Source: Camelus ferus
Taxonomy: Eukaryota
Direction: 5' to 3'
Assembly (NCBI RefSeq): GCF_009834535.1
Contig: NC_045697.1
Location: 15,006,001-15,070,000 of the forward strand
Length of the DNA stretch: 64,000 nucleotides
Shown: positions 13,384-26,249 of the stretch, in pieces
How positions within the stretch are numbered: the first letter of the stretch is position 1
Layout: every line of letters starts with the position of its first letter
Notes under the pieces: generated by a model
The model's input: only the letters and a program-made list of their open reading frames with translations
Told to the model about the DNA's origin: nothing
The model's database searches: none
Made by a program: the position numbers and the translations under genes

Positions 13384-13693
13384 GGAAAATATACTTGAAA
13401 ACTCATCAGTACACATATATTATAGGAAGCCTTTCTCATAAAAACAATGGTGCTTGAACATGTAATAAAAGTACTAGTGTATAAAGCCCATTATTCCAGA
13501 AATTATAAAAGGAACTTCCAAGAAGCTTAATTTATTGACTATTATTTTTATGAAATGAAGGTGCTGGAGGGAAAGCAAAACTTTGAGATAATGGAACACA
13601 GACACATAAGAAAGAAATATTGCTTATGAATGTCAGTTTGAAAGGCTGCAATGGATCATGATTATGACTTAATTGAATGTTTACCATTGAATA
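13384..13693. repeat. Right arm of perfect 310-bp inverted repeat
   Basis: ggaaaatatacttg...ttaccattgaata is the reverse complement of 11243-11552; spacer is 1831 bp. Confidence 0.98.
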
Positions 13694-14019
13694 ATTATTG
13701 ATTAAATTAACATTTACCTAAAAAGAGAGTCTCCAGCTTTTTGATGAAGAAATCACTTTTATGAAGAACAATAACATTGATTAAAGATAATGCACATTTG
13801 TGAAACTGTACTAAACCTTCACCCACATCGTGTCATTTAGTTATGTCTGCAATGAGGTAAGTATCAGTGTCTCCCTTGCATGAATGATGGGACTGAGGTG
13901 GGGAAATTAAGAACTTGACCTGTTCTAGCAGCATCTTGTAGTTTTCATTTGCAGCACATTTCCAATTGTTAATATTTATCTGTATAATTTTAATTCAAAC
14001 AGTCCATATTCTTTTCAAA

Positions 14020-14225
14020 AATTTTATTAACGTGTAGTTGATTTACAATGTTAGTTTCATGTGCACAGCAAAGTGATTCAGTTATGCATACATAATATGA
14101 ATTTTTTCTTTCCAGATTCTTTTCCATTATTTATCGCAAGAAATTGAATATAGTTCCCTGTGCTATACATTGGGACCTTGTTTTTTTAATCGATTTTTAT
14201 ATATAGTAATGTGCTGTTAATCTCC
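14020..14225 (-). mobile_element. Young L1 3'-UTR stub
   Basis: gtagttgatttacaatgttagtttcatgtgcacagcaaagtgattcag...attgaatatagttccctgtgctatac. Confidence 0.9.
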
Positions 14226-15049
14226 AAGACCTGTTTTTATTCGTGTAAGAACACATGTTCCATGAGAAGAGAAATGGTGGATTTTATTTATCTCTCTATA
14301 CCCTGTGTCTGGCTCCTGACAGGTGCTCAGAAAATAAGTGTTGAATAAATAAATGAATAAAAGAGGTGAAGCAGGAGTTCCAAAACGTAAGTGCATAAAC
14401 CATTCCATGCAGTTGCCCCTCCAGGAGCCTCACTTTGCGTGAGTATGTGAGCACGAAGGTGATAAGAGTTAGAAACAGCACTGAGATCATGAAACTGATA
14501 GGGAGATGGAGAAAAAAAAGTCGAAAGAAGGTGTGACAAGAACTAATTAAATGGCCTCTAAGAAGAAAAGCTTCAAGACATGAGCTCTCCCCTTTGATAG
14601 TGATCAACTTATTGGAGACTGTTAACAAAGAACAGAGAGAAGGCTCAAAAAAACCCCTAATAATATGGAGCCTAAAGCATTAGCCACTTTGATAACATTT
14701 CTTTACAACTGAAGAGAAAATATATTTAGCTTTCAAGTACATTTATAAACATATGGTTCTTCTGATGTTAAAATAATCCTTGGATTATTCCTTAATATCG
14801 AAAAAGAAAACAAGTAACCATCATTTACGCATGTGGTATTCAGAACTCAAGCTATTTTTAATTGGTATAAGCCATCAGGTCTCAGCCTTATTGTTTTAAA
14901 GTAGTAGTTCCCATGAGGTATGTTTTCCATCATTATTTACAACGCAAAGCAAAAGCTGTAGTATTATTCATACTAGTCAGGAGTCAAACGATGTTCACTC
15001 ATCAACAAAATTATCCTTGTTCTCAACTTGAAATTACTACCTACTATGA

Positions 15050-15615
15050 TATTGTGACTTATAGTAAGAAATATATATATTTGGTCTTTGTCCCCATTTC
15101 TGGCACAGAGCTCTGAAAACCCTTGGAATTCTCTTTAAATGGTGAGAGCAGTAAAGGTGTTTTTTTTGTTATATTAATGAGGTTACTTGGAAACTACACC
15201 TAAAGATGGGGGCTGGTTGCCAGGAGAACCAACCTCCTAACTAGAAAGTTAGAAATTTCTGTTTCATCCCTCTGACCTTGAAGAGGGGTGAGGAGATAGA
15301 AGCTGACTTAACCACCAATGGCCACCGATTCCATCTATCATGACAATGTAGTGAAGTTTTCATAAAAACCCAAAGGACGAGGTTCAGAGAGCCTCTGGGC
15401 TGGTGAAGACACGGCAGAGTGGCTCTCTGGATGAGCAGAGGGGTTCCACACTCTTTCTCACATACTTTTCCTTATACATCTCTTCTCTGGCTCTTCCTGA
15501 GTTATGTCCATTTATAATAAACTGGTGGTCCAGTAAGTAAAATGTTTCTCTGGGTTCTGTGAGATGCTCTAGAAAATCAGTTAAACCCAAGGAGGGGGTC
15601 ACTGGACTCCCTAGT
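15050..15615 (+). mobile_element. MER21-like solo LTR
   Basis: tgtgacttatagtaagaaatatatatatttggtctttgtccccatttctggcacagagctc...ggggctggttgccaggagaaccaacc...taagtaaaatgtttctctgggttctgtgag...aacccaaggaggggg. Confidence 0.8.
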
Positions 15616-16244
15616 CCATCTTCTTTTGTACTGTGAGTTACATGAGGACAGGGGCCAAGGATGGTCTAGTCTCCATTCTATTGCTGCCATTCCTAGCACA
15701 GTGGTTGTCAAAGAGGGCATGTCTAATAAACAGTGGTTAAATAGGTGAAGGGTTGAATTAACAAATTGATTTCCCAAAGATGCTAAAAATAGTAAGACAT
15801 TTTATAAAATACTTATGTTCTAGTGAATTGCTAATGTTACATAGATTACAAATAAAGCTTTGGGGAGCAGGAGGAATTAAGAAAGGGTTAATCAGAACAT
15901 AGGGACAGATTACTGTTTGCAGATTAGGCAAAATTTAAACCCAATGCTGTTGAGATTTTTTGAGTATGAAAGTAATGTGGTAGAAAAAGAAGTACTTAGG
16001 GTTTGGTCAGGTCCCATGTGCCAAATGAGTTAAAGGTAGGGGCAGGGGGTGATGGCCGTCAGGTAGGAGAGCAAGACAGCTGGGGCCCTCCTCAGTCTAG
16101 CTGGAAAAGGATGAAGCCCTGTTCTAAAGCATTTCAGAGAGGGGTGGAGAGGGAGGAAAGGCATGGCTATCAGCAAACAACTGTTTGTCAGTAAGAGGAC
16201 TTGGACTTGATTTGGTAAGCAGAAATAGCTACCGAACTTGCTGA

Positions 16245-16381
16245 GCCCTCGGCAGAATGAAATGGCAGGCTACCTTGTTTAAAAAGCATTGATAATTCCA
16301 AGACAGTGACACCAGTGCATTAAAACAAATACCAGGCCCTTCTGAGCGTGGACAGACTGCACACCCATGAGGCTGGCTCTG
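16245..16381. mobile_element. hAT-Tip100 (MER45-like) MITE
   Basis: gaatgaaatggcaggctaccttgtttaaaaagc...gcattaaaacaaataccaggcccttctgagc...actgcacacccatgaggctggctctg. Confidence 0.65.
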
Positions 16382-16398
16382 TTGGCAAATATTCCGTA

Positions 16399-16460
16399 TG
16401 AAGGAAGGAAGGAAGGAAGGAAAGAAAGAAAAAAGAAAAGAAGAAATAAAAAGAAGGGTA
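16399..16460. repeat. (GAAG)n/(GAAA)n microsatellite
   Basis: Direct inspection. Confidence 0.9.
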
Positions 16461-19026
16461 GAAGACAAAAGGTTTAGAGAATGTATTTGACCATATACTC
16501 AAGTTGTATCACACAGAAACACACAAATTCAAAACAACCTTAAATTCCATGGTCTGTCATAGCTCTTAAGTTCCACTAATATGTAAGCCCAATGGATTAT
16601 TGCTGTCCTCAGTGCACACTAGATGGTATTAGTTTATCATTTTGTCGAGAAGGGAACTACCTAACATTTAGACTATTGTATCAGTAAGGTTATACTTACA
16701 AAGGAAATAACCTCACCTCAACGTGAGATCATTACATTTTAAGCTATATAAAGAAAAATAGTATTCAATACTGGAAAGTAATTCAATTAAGGAAAGTAAC
16801 CCCACTATCCTACTGGATATTGCTCAGCTCAGAACCACTGTGGCCATGTACTGTATTCTACTGCAAAAGATGTTGACTTTTTCATTTAATTTTTCACCTG
16901 GTTTTCCTTAGACAAAGGGTGATAATGATTGATTGACTGGAGTTTGAAAAGGCCCAGATAGCTGTGTTAGGGTTGATAATCATGATTAGGCAAAAAGAAG
17001 AACTTAGATATTATGGCATCTTTGGAATGGAGCACGCAATAATGTCATTTATGGTTGTTTGTATTCTAGGAATTCCTGAATCCAACCACACCCTTGAGTT
17101 CATCCTCATTATAATGCACATGCTTATAACAAAGTTGCACCTCAATCTTCTATCTCATTGAAAAAGGTATAATTATAATTCTGCCAGAAATGCAACCATG
17201 CAGGCACAATTAATAATTTTCAACTCTGTTTAGGATCTGGCAAGAAAGAAATTATTGAAAGAGTTGACTTCACAAAATTGTTTTGCTTTTTCGACGGGGG
17301 AAGGAAAAAATAACAATCCATGATTAGGAAGCTTCGTAGTTCCTCTTCAAAGAGACGATCTCACAGCTGCATGGGACGTCCAATGAAATGAGATGAGTAG
17401 GAAGGAAAAACACATGAGTTTATTGAAATCTCCATATTATAACCTCCGAAGAGTCTCAGCAATCATATCCCATCACTTTCCAACACCTTTTTACCCCTCT
17501 CTAAAATGCCACGTTGCATATATTCAGCTTGCAATTTAAATAATTTTTGCTGTTTTTATAAAGTGGAAAAAAAATGTCCCTCTATTCCACAGCTACTGGG
17601 GCAAAGAACAAAGCGAGTGCTTGTATAAACACACTGGCACTATAAATTCAAGAATGGAATCTTTTACTTAAGCAGCCACGACTAGGCTGAATGCCCATGC
17701 TGCTTACCCTAAAATTGCAGGAATTAAAAATGAGACACATTTGTTATCCAGGAAAGGGCAAAGGCAGAGTAGGAGCCTCTGGTGGTTTTGCAGTCAGGGC
17801 ACCAGGCTTGTGCGCTGACAATCTGTCAGTGTTCCGTTCCTTTCTTACCCTTAATTAGAATTCTCTATTCAGAGCTTGCTGTCTGTATCACTCTTGCCAC
17901 TCTGGTGTCCAGAACTGGCATAAACATGGCTAACCTCGTCCTCATCAAGTGATTCATCACATCCCTGCCGGTCCCCTTCAGCACTGCAGATCTGCATCAG
18001 TCTCCACGCCAGGTTGTTTCTCCCACCCTCGCCTCTGCTCCACAGCACACTCGAACCAGCTGAGGAAAGTTTCCAAGTCTTACTGAAGAGGACATTTTTT
18101 TGAAACCTCAAGACAGACACATGCCCTTCAGTGGAACTATGCTAAGACCTGAAACAGGGCATTTTGTCCAATTCTCTGAGTCATGGAGGTTTTGAAAATT
18201 GTTGTTCCACAGCGGTACTAAAACCATGTCAACCAAAAGAGAAATAAGGCAAGGAACCATCACTGAGTAAGCCATGATTGAGACTGTTCTTTCTAGCTAA
18301 AGAATCCTTGTTTCTAGTGTTATCAACGTAAAACAGGAAGCATTTGTGTTCAAAAACACTTTAAAAATCTATTAGCCAACAATTTGCTTACTTAGTATAT
18401 GTGTGTGCTCTGTTGGAGGATAAGGAATGAGGCTTGTGGACCAGCTGAAAGGGAAATAACACCAGTAACTTGAAAAACATGATGTCAGGTTTCTTGGGAC
18501 CCAGACGAACTCCACAGGAACAATGTGAAGGAACAGAGGCAGCTCTATTTGTTCTGTGAGTGAAGCTGTGTTCTGGGCTGTAGGTTGCACTGCCTCCCTG
18601 AATCCTCAGAGCTATACCATGTTATGATACTATTTTAGAGATATGAGAAAAAACAATTCAATACCTTTTAAATGAGCTATCAGTCAAGGTTGCAAGATGA
18701 TTCAATTCAATAGACGGGGAAAAAAAAAACAACAACAACAAGAAAAGATGCATAATGGTTCTGAGCAAAAGCTTTGGGTTGGAAAACATATGATTAATTA
18801 CTCCATAACCTTGGGCAAAGCTTAACCTTTATTAGAACAATACTAGTATCAACCCTCAGGGTTGCTGAGAAGACTAGACTGAATGCAAGGTGCTTAGGGC
18901 CATATCTGGCAGAGAGTGAGGCTTTAGTCAATGCAAACCAGGGTTGGAAATTATGATGGGGAGGGCAGAAGAATGAAAAAGGAGAAAGAGTAAAAGGCGA
19001 AAAGATTTATGTGATCTGGAAAGAAA

Positions 19027-19234
19027 ACTACTATAAATAAAACAGACAAACAACAAGTTTATACTGTATAGCACAGGGAACTATATTCAATATCTTATAG
19101 TAACCTATAATGAAAAAGAATATGAAAAGGAATATATATATATGTATATATATGACTGAAACATTATGCTGTACACCAGAAATTGACACATTGTAAACTG
19201 ACTATACTACAATCAAAAAAAAAAAAAAAAAAAA
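19027..19234 (+). mobile_element. Young camelid L1 3' end with poly(A) tail
   Basis: actgtatagcacagggaactatattcaatatc...gctgtacaccagaaattgacacattgtaaactgactatac followed by a pure A run at ~19216-19234. Confidence 0.92.
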
Positions 19235-19284
19235 GAGAAAGAGGAACAGTAAAATGCAATCAATCAATCAATCAACCAACCAGT

Positions 19285-19470
19285 CAAAACAGAAAAATAT
19301 GGGTGAATATTTAATTTGATCTCAGGAAGGAAAAAAAATGCTCCCTAAGCTTAAAAGGAATGAAAGAAATCACAAGAGGTTTTTTTAAAAAAGATAATAG
19401 AATTGTCTACGTAAAAATTTAATATTTCTGCCTATAAGAACTAACCATAAACAGAATCAAAAGGCAAGTC
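19285..19470 (+). mobile_element. Ancient L1 (L1ME-like) ORF2 fragment
   Basis: agaaaaatatgggtgaatat...ctacgtaaaaatttaatatttctg...accataaacagaatcaaaaggcaa. Confidence 0.65.
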
Positions 19471-20726
19471 AATCACAATTACAGGCACCAATTATTTGGA
19501 GAAGAGGAAAGTAATTAGAACAAGAGAGTGTACCATTTCTGCTCCTGTGGTGCTTAGCATTTAATTGGAAATTAGGACTACATTCACTTAAAATAATTTC
19601 TATTTATAGAACATCATACATATGGAAATATTAGAGGGAATGAATTATGAATATAAGTCTGACCAACTATTGGTAAAGAAACAAGCTACACCAGATGGGA
19701 CCAATGCTGGGTGGCTTGCTGGAGCTGAGTACGTACATTATGACATCCAGTTAAGTGCGAGGAACCTTGTAGGTTCCGGATCCATGTATATATTGCACAG
19801 AATTCCTTATTTGTCCCACCTGACTGGGCTTTATAAGGTCACAGTAAGGTTTTATATTTGGAGTTCTTCTTCCTCCTCTCTTCTATTAGAGGTTTATTGG
19901 CCCGTTTTGAATGCTATAAAAGACGTACCTATATTTTATGAAGATTTGGGCTTGAAAATGCCTAAGGTCACAGGCGTATAATTACACCTGATCTCTTCTT
20001 TTCACATTCAGAGGTTATAGTGTATTAGAACACACACGCACAATTCTAAGTGTCTCTAGGGCAAGACAATATTTGTAATAAAGTAGATTGCTTTCATGAA
20101 TATACTTTAAAAAACTCTTCAATGCATTTTTGCCTATACAACACTTTGTGCTTTTTAAACTAAGTTTCTAAATTTATAGTCTGATCTACCTGAAAGTTCT
20201 CATAAATGGTAAACAATTTACGGTCTTGTGATTCCTCACTGGAATTATATTCATATCTAGGTCTTCATTACGTTCCCATTCCAAATTTGTTTTTGTTCCC
20301 TAGCTCTGACTTATGAAGCAAGCTCTCATATTTGGACAGGTTTACTATTTTAAGAATATATCTCTCTCAATGCTTTGTGTAATTAAGAGAATTTTGTTAG
20401 CAATAATATTCAGACTCAAGCATGCTGCAGACGGTGAGCTATAAAGCTTCCACACAGCTCATCTTTCAGTGTATGTATTACAAGTACAGTTTCAGAATAA
20501 GGATGTGCATGATCATGAACCTGCCACGTGGTTTTCACATCTCATTGAGATCAGCCAGTGAGTGGTAAAACATCATCTTAATCTTGACTTGGAGCATAAA
20601 TCATAGTTGTAGGAAGTTGCCCATAATATAATGATTGCACTGATAACTTTTGAAAATCCCTTAGTAAAATTAATAGTAAATGTTTAATAATATGGACTAG
20701 TGCTACAGGTAGAGTAACTATAGATT

Positions 20727-20838
20727 AGTGGTGCTCAATGTTGGATGCTAATAGCATCCTTTGGGGAGCTTTTATCATGATACCAACGTCCCAGTTGCAA
20801 ACCACTTCTAACCAGTGGCTAGTGTTGAGAACCACTAA
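20727..20838. mobile_element. MER5-like hAT MITE
   Basis: Termini agtggtgctcaa...ttgagaaccacta. Confidence 0.7.
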
Positions 20839-21999
20839 CCTGATAAATGAAAGGGAAAGGGCCAGTTTGAGGAGCTAAATGTGACATATCCTTACCACTC
20901 TGACTTCACCACTACTCACAAATGGCTTTGGCAAGAATAACATGGTAAAAGCCATGAGATTGTCTTTGGACCGAAAGGAAGGAAGTTGCAATGGAAATGG
21001 TGAATTTGTGTCCTTGGAAACTGAAATGCTGAGTCCAAATGGACACGTGGGCAAAATTCTCTTATACAGCATGATCACGATCTCTATGTCAATACTTCAT
21101 TCTCTGATGAGTATCCCATACACTTGGCGCACGTTTTACTACTAAGAAAGGAAGAGGCTCATTTTACCCCTTCAATTCACCTGGCAGCAGATTATGGAAT
21201 CTTTGGGGAACTCAGATAGGGTACAGGTTGAGTTTTGGGGATGATGAAAAGGTGCTTCTTCTCTTCCCTCTTCCTTGGAGTAACAATAAAAGCTGTCATC
21301 TAAAAGTTCTTCCCTGATGCCTGATTTCCCCCCTGGAGTATCTTGTCACTGGAGCCTCATTGACTCAGACTAATTTGATGTGCCCTGTTTTGTAATGAGT
21401 TGGCTGCTACCATGATAACCACTGCATAAATACCTAATGAAATGAGAACTGTCTGTCTCCTCCATCCCCAGCCAGGCTTGCTGCCTCTTAGCCAAGAGAA
21501 TATCCTGGAGGAAACTGTCCAGACAGAATGTCTTCTGCAAAAGTTCATGTTAATAAAGTTTTAAACTAAGGACATTTTTTTTTTCAGTTTCAAGAACTAT
21601 AGCATTAGTAAGGATGCTTATTTTTGCCTAGTATTCTACTAATGAAACACTCATTGGCTATCTCCTTCAGGGCTTATCACTTTTAAAACTACCTCACCAA
21701 TGGGGCAACTGCAATACAATCAAAGTCTGAATGCAGAAAAGTATGTGTAGTCATGCAAAATTGAAATCCATTGTTTTTGGTCAAGAACTCCGCATTGAAT
21801 ATTTTTCTACTCAGCAAGTGTGGCAATTGTCAGATCTCTTCTAAAAGACTAGTTCTCATCTAAAATAGAGACCAGTTGAAATGTGATATTTCACATGCAC
21901 TTTATCAGGTGTCTTTAGTTGCCCACCATAGTAACAGACTGGCTAGCTAATAGAAAATAAATTGGAATTTGTATAGTACCCTGGTTTGATGGGAAGGTC

Positions 22000-22430
22000 G
22001 GCTTGTAAACAAAAGGTAAGAATCAAGGCAATAATGAGAGTGGAAGTAGCATAAACCACTCGATAAACTTGTCAGATGCCACAGCTGGACTAAATGAGCT
22101 CCAAGTATTTCCTCCCTCTCATCTCTTAAGGGAAAGTTGACTGTTGCAGCTCTCAACTTATATTCTCCCAGTTCAAGTTCAGCAAGAAAGCGAACCTGTT
22201 CTCCTGACAACATTCATGTCATTGGCCGCAAGAATCAAGTGTCCATTCCTGAAGCAACTACTGTGACCAGAGGATTCAATCCTCTGGCCAGGCTTCTCTT
22301 CTTTGCTCCGCTCCCAGAATAAGGGGAGGGACCTAATCACCTCCACCTGAAACCTAGGGTCTGCACATTGAGAAGGGATGTTTTCAGCGTACCGTCACAA
22401 AAAAAAGCACATAAATGCTAGGAAGCCACA
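22000..22430 (-). mobile_element. Old MLT1 (J/K-like) LTR
   Basis: cattggccgcaagaatcaagtgtccattcctgaagcaactactgtgaccagagg. Confidence 0.55.
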
Positions 22431-22514
22431 AAACAAACGTGCGTTGTCCCACAAAAGATAGTCTCCACGTAGGTTTGGAAATAGAATTTAAAGATAATGA
22501 AGGGCAAATGACCA

Positions 22515-23380
22515 TATAAAAGGATGTTCAATATCATATGTCTTTAATTAAAACAAAAATGAGATATTACTACACACCACTTAGAATGGTCAAAATCCAA
22601 GACACTGACAACAACAAATACCGGCAAGGATGTGGAGCAACAGGAACTCACATTCATTCCTGATGATTTCTTACAAAACTAAACATACTCTTACCATATG
22701 ATCCAGTACATTGAAAACTTTTGCCCACCTGCACATGGATGTTTAGAGCAGCTTTATTCATGGTTGCCGAAACTTGGAAGCAATCAAGATGCCCTTCAGT
22801 AGATGAATGGATAAATAGACTGATACATTTAGACAATGGAATATTTTCAGTGCTAAAAGAAAATGAGTTATTATGCCACAAAAAGCCATGAAAGAAATGA
22901 AAATGCATATTACTAAGTGAAAGAAGCCAACTTGAAAAGGCTACTACTGTATGTGATTCCAACTATATGACATTCTGGAAAATGTGAAATTATGGAGACA
23001 GTAAAAAGATGAGTGGTTGCCAGGGGCTGCTCAGGTGGTGGATGAATAGGTAGAGCACAGAGGATTTTTAGGGCAGTGAAAATACTCTGTATGATACCAT
23101 AGTGATGGATGCATGTCATAATATTGGTCCAAGCCCAGGCAATGTACAGCACCAAGAGTGAATCCTAATGTAAACGATGGACTTAGTGATAAGGATGCAT
23201 CAATGTAGGTTCACCAATTGTAACAACTGTACTACGCTGGTGGGGGATGTTGATAGGAGGAGAGGTTGCACATTGGGGGGGGGGGGGGTAAAGGATCTAT
23301 GGGAACTCTCTGTAAGGTCCCCTCAACTTTGCTGTGAACCTAAAGATGCTCTAAAAATCAAGTTTATTTTTAAAAAAAAG
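22515..23380 (+). mobile_element. L1MC1/2-like 3' end (ORF2 C-terminus plus 3' UTR)
   Basis: ggcaaggatgtggagcaacaggaactc, gaataggtagagcacagaggatttttagggcagtgaaaatactctg, ends in an A-run; G-run at ~23275-23288. Confidence 0.9.
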
Positions 23381-23599
23381 ATAGTCCCAGAGGTCAATAC
23401 TCCTGACTTCTTTCTCGCCCTTCTCATTAGCACCAAGGTCCCTGGCTCACCACAAGGCTCTGGAATGGACAATGCTGGGCTTTAATTTTGCCAGGCACAT
23501 TTTCCTATCTGTTTGACCTTGAGTAAAATGCCTACCCTCCAAAATCTGGGATAAAATGTGATAATCTGTGTCAACCACATGGTTAAGCATCCAGTAATC

Positions 23600-23845
23600 A
23601 TAGCAAACACTTACTGATCACTGTGTACCAGAAACTGGAATAAGCACTTTATATAATAACCCATTTAACCATCACGTAACACTGAGGTAAGCATTACTGC
23701 TTCCCTGTTTTAGAGATAAATAAACTGAGGCAGAAAGAGGTTAGGCAAGCCGCAAAAGGTAACATAGCTAATAAGCACGAAAGTTCCAACGTGAACTCAG
23801 ATAATTTAGATCTAGAAGCTTTGCTTTTACCACTATGCTAAACAG
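23600..23845 (-). mobile_element. MIR SINE (near full length)
   Basis: aacacttactgatcactgtgtaccag...gttttagagataaataaactgaggcagaaagaggttagg...ttaccactatgcta. Confidence 0.85.
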
Positions 23846-24959
23846 CCTTCATGTACCATATTCACGGAGTAGAGCTTACACCTCTTAATTTCCTTTTTTT
23901 CCCTTGTATCTAATTGCGATTGGATAATAGGTGTTCCACTAACTATATGGCAGTTTTCTAAGTTTACAAATAAGGGAGGAAAAATAAGGCTGAATGAGGA
24001 ATTCTAGATTCTAAATAGTTTTATTTTCATTGGATTTTAACTTTGAATAGATTTTGGGTTTTGACTAAGGCGATATCTAGCTCAGTGAACATAGTTTAGA
24101 TTGATATTAACCACTATTTCAATTCCTCCTTAATTCTTCCCAACTCCACGTCTCTGCTCATCTTCTCTTACAGAAGAAGGGAAGAGTAAAAATAATGCCT
24201 AATTCAGGCTTTTGGTATGAGACAATTTTAGGTTTTGAAGGATAATCCATTTATGGAACAAAAGAGTCTTAAGTGAAACTGAACAAGAACAGAAAGAAAA
24301 ATAACACAACATTAATCTGAAAGTAATGAATGTTCAGAGGACGATCTTTAGCTTCAATTACAGAAAAAAATATCACTGCTCTTCTCATCTGCTCATAGAT
24401 GCGTTTTGGTTTACGCAACAGATTCATTCCTGAGTCAAGTACGTCAAATGTGGGCTGACAATACTCACCCTCTGAGTTTTCTGTTCAGATAAGGTCAGTC
24501 CATCTTTTAAACACAGTTAACTGTTTTCTAAGGCTCAGGGTTTTGTTGCTGCTATTTTGTTTTGTTTTTCAATGTTCTGATGCTTGCACAGAACTTCCTC
24601 CAGCTGCTGAGTTCTCAAAGATTCAACTTAACCCCCTCGTTTTCCTCCTCCCTTCTTTCTTTCACAAACATTTATTGGGCACCTACTGTGAACAGTATTT
24701 AGGCTTTGTAGATGATGTAAAGATGAATAAGCCACAATTCTTAAGAGATCAGCAGTAGAGCTACACACAATTCACGGAGGGAGTTTATTCACTGGAGCGA
24801 TGATATCGACCAGTCGGCTCACTGAGTATTCATAAGGTACCCTGGACAAGGAGGAGGGGGCACGCAACTAACTGTGCCCATCAAGCTATGAGCAGAAATA
24901 GGACTTGCTAATTTCCAGGCAAATGTATTTAAATTACGGGTGGGAGACTTTCCAGCAAA

Positions 24960-25185
24960 TTCTTTCTTGTCCAGATGACTGAAGAAGCCACATGTTCTAG
25001 ACTGTGCTGTTTCAAAGTGGACAAAGAGTCATCAGCCCGGGTTGACAGATGATTGTATGGGATTCAGCTCCCAACTGACCACCACAGAATATGGGCCACG
25101 AGTGAGAATTAAACTTCTGTTGCTTTGAAGAACTTCAGGGCTAATTTGGGATATAGTTCGGTCTATCCTATTCTGATTAATACCT
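24960..25185 (+). mobile_element. Old MLT1 LTR fragment
   Basis: gagtgagaattaaacttctgttgctttgaag...ctatcctattctgattaatac. Confidence 0.55.
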
Positions 25186-25219
25186 TCATAACGTGGGTTA
25201 GAGAACACAGAACATAATG

Positions 25220-25462
25220 ACAGCATTTATGGTCTTACTGTGGGCCTGGAACTCTTCTAAGCACTCACCACATATTACTTCACTGCACCCTCACAACAAT
25301 CCAATGAAGTAGATACTATTATTGTTACCATTTTATAGGTGGATAAACTGAGACACGAGTAGGTAATCAACTTTCCCACAAAAAAATAACTGAAAATGTT
25401 GGAGTTGGGAGTTAAGCCCAGGTCATCTGGCTTCAAGGTTCATGACTTTAATGACTATGCAA
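25220..25462 (-). mobile_element. MIR SINE
   Basis: cctcacaacaatccaatgaagtagatactattattgttaccattttataggtggataaactgagacac. Confidence 0.88.
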
Positions 25463-26249
25463 TTTTAAAATTTAAAGGTGTGTACAATTGCACAATGGAA
25501 GTAGAAGACCTTAAGGTTTCAATGTGGAATATTTGTATCATCTATTCTCCCAGAAAATATTGAGAACCCACTACGTGCTGGCCACTGCACTCAGCAATGG
25601 GTCTCAACCCTGTCCCAGGTGGTCCATAACAGAATCCTCAGGAGCCTCTAGGGAATGAGGCAGCTGCGGGGTCCACTTGAAATCTCCAGCTTTCCAAGAA
25701 GAACTTGTGCTGAAGCACTGAGGAGGTACCCCAGACCGCTGGCTCAACAAAGCCCCAAATACAAAACTGTTACTAGGAGATAGCTAATTGGTTTTGGTAC
25801 TGCCGACATGTTTCATTGGCCCAACTTTCCTAATTGCCCAGCTCTCATTTTCTGCTCATTGTTTAAGGTTTATATCTCACAGAGTTTCAAATGAAAACAG
25901 GCTGGTTCTGTTATACTGTAAATCATAATCATAGTAGTTCAATTAATATTTACATTTTGCAATATTACACTAAAATCTTCCAAGTGTTTGGATGAATTCT
26001 TAACGGGCAAATATTTAAGTAAACCATAAGTGTCTTTTGAAAGCAATTTTACTAACACTTCCTATGTGTAATACCAGGAATCTATTGACTCAATAAATGG
26101 TGACACCTGTTAAAATTACATTTTTACAAAATTACATTATTACATTCTATTGCTTTTAAGAGCTGTCCTGCTTTCCTGGGATAAAGACTGTCTCATTTAA
26201 CTTGAAATGTTGCTAAAGTCTTAGCCATATCAAATATGTGTGATGGTTT

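Noticed and set aside
11243..13693. Active Tc1/mariner or foldback transposon with 308-bp TIRs and TA target duplication
   Set aside because: The outer TA at both ends follows automatically from the arm beginning with palindromic TA. The interior holds ancient MIR/L2 and no transposase ORF, and the termini do not resemble Tc1/mariner CAG ends.
17869..18120. 83-aa minus-strand ORF with an acidic patch near a donor-like site (~17848)
   Set aside because: Stop precedes the donor in the open frames, no recognisable protein, no convincing acceptor
20896..21141. Minus-strand exon-like segment (ctttcttag...gtg|gtaagg) and overlapping ORFs
   Set aside because: Stops in all three frames and no other support
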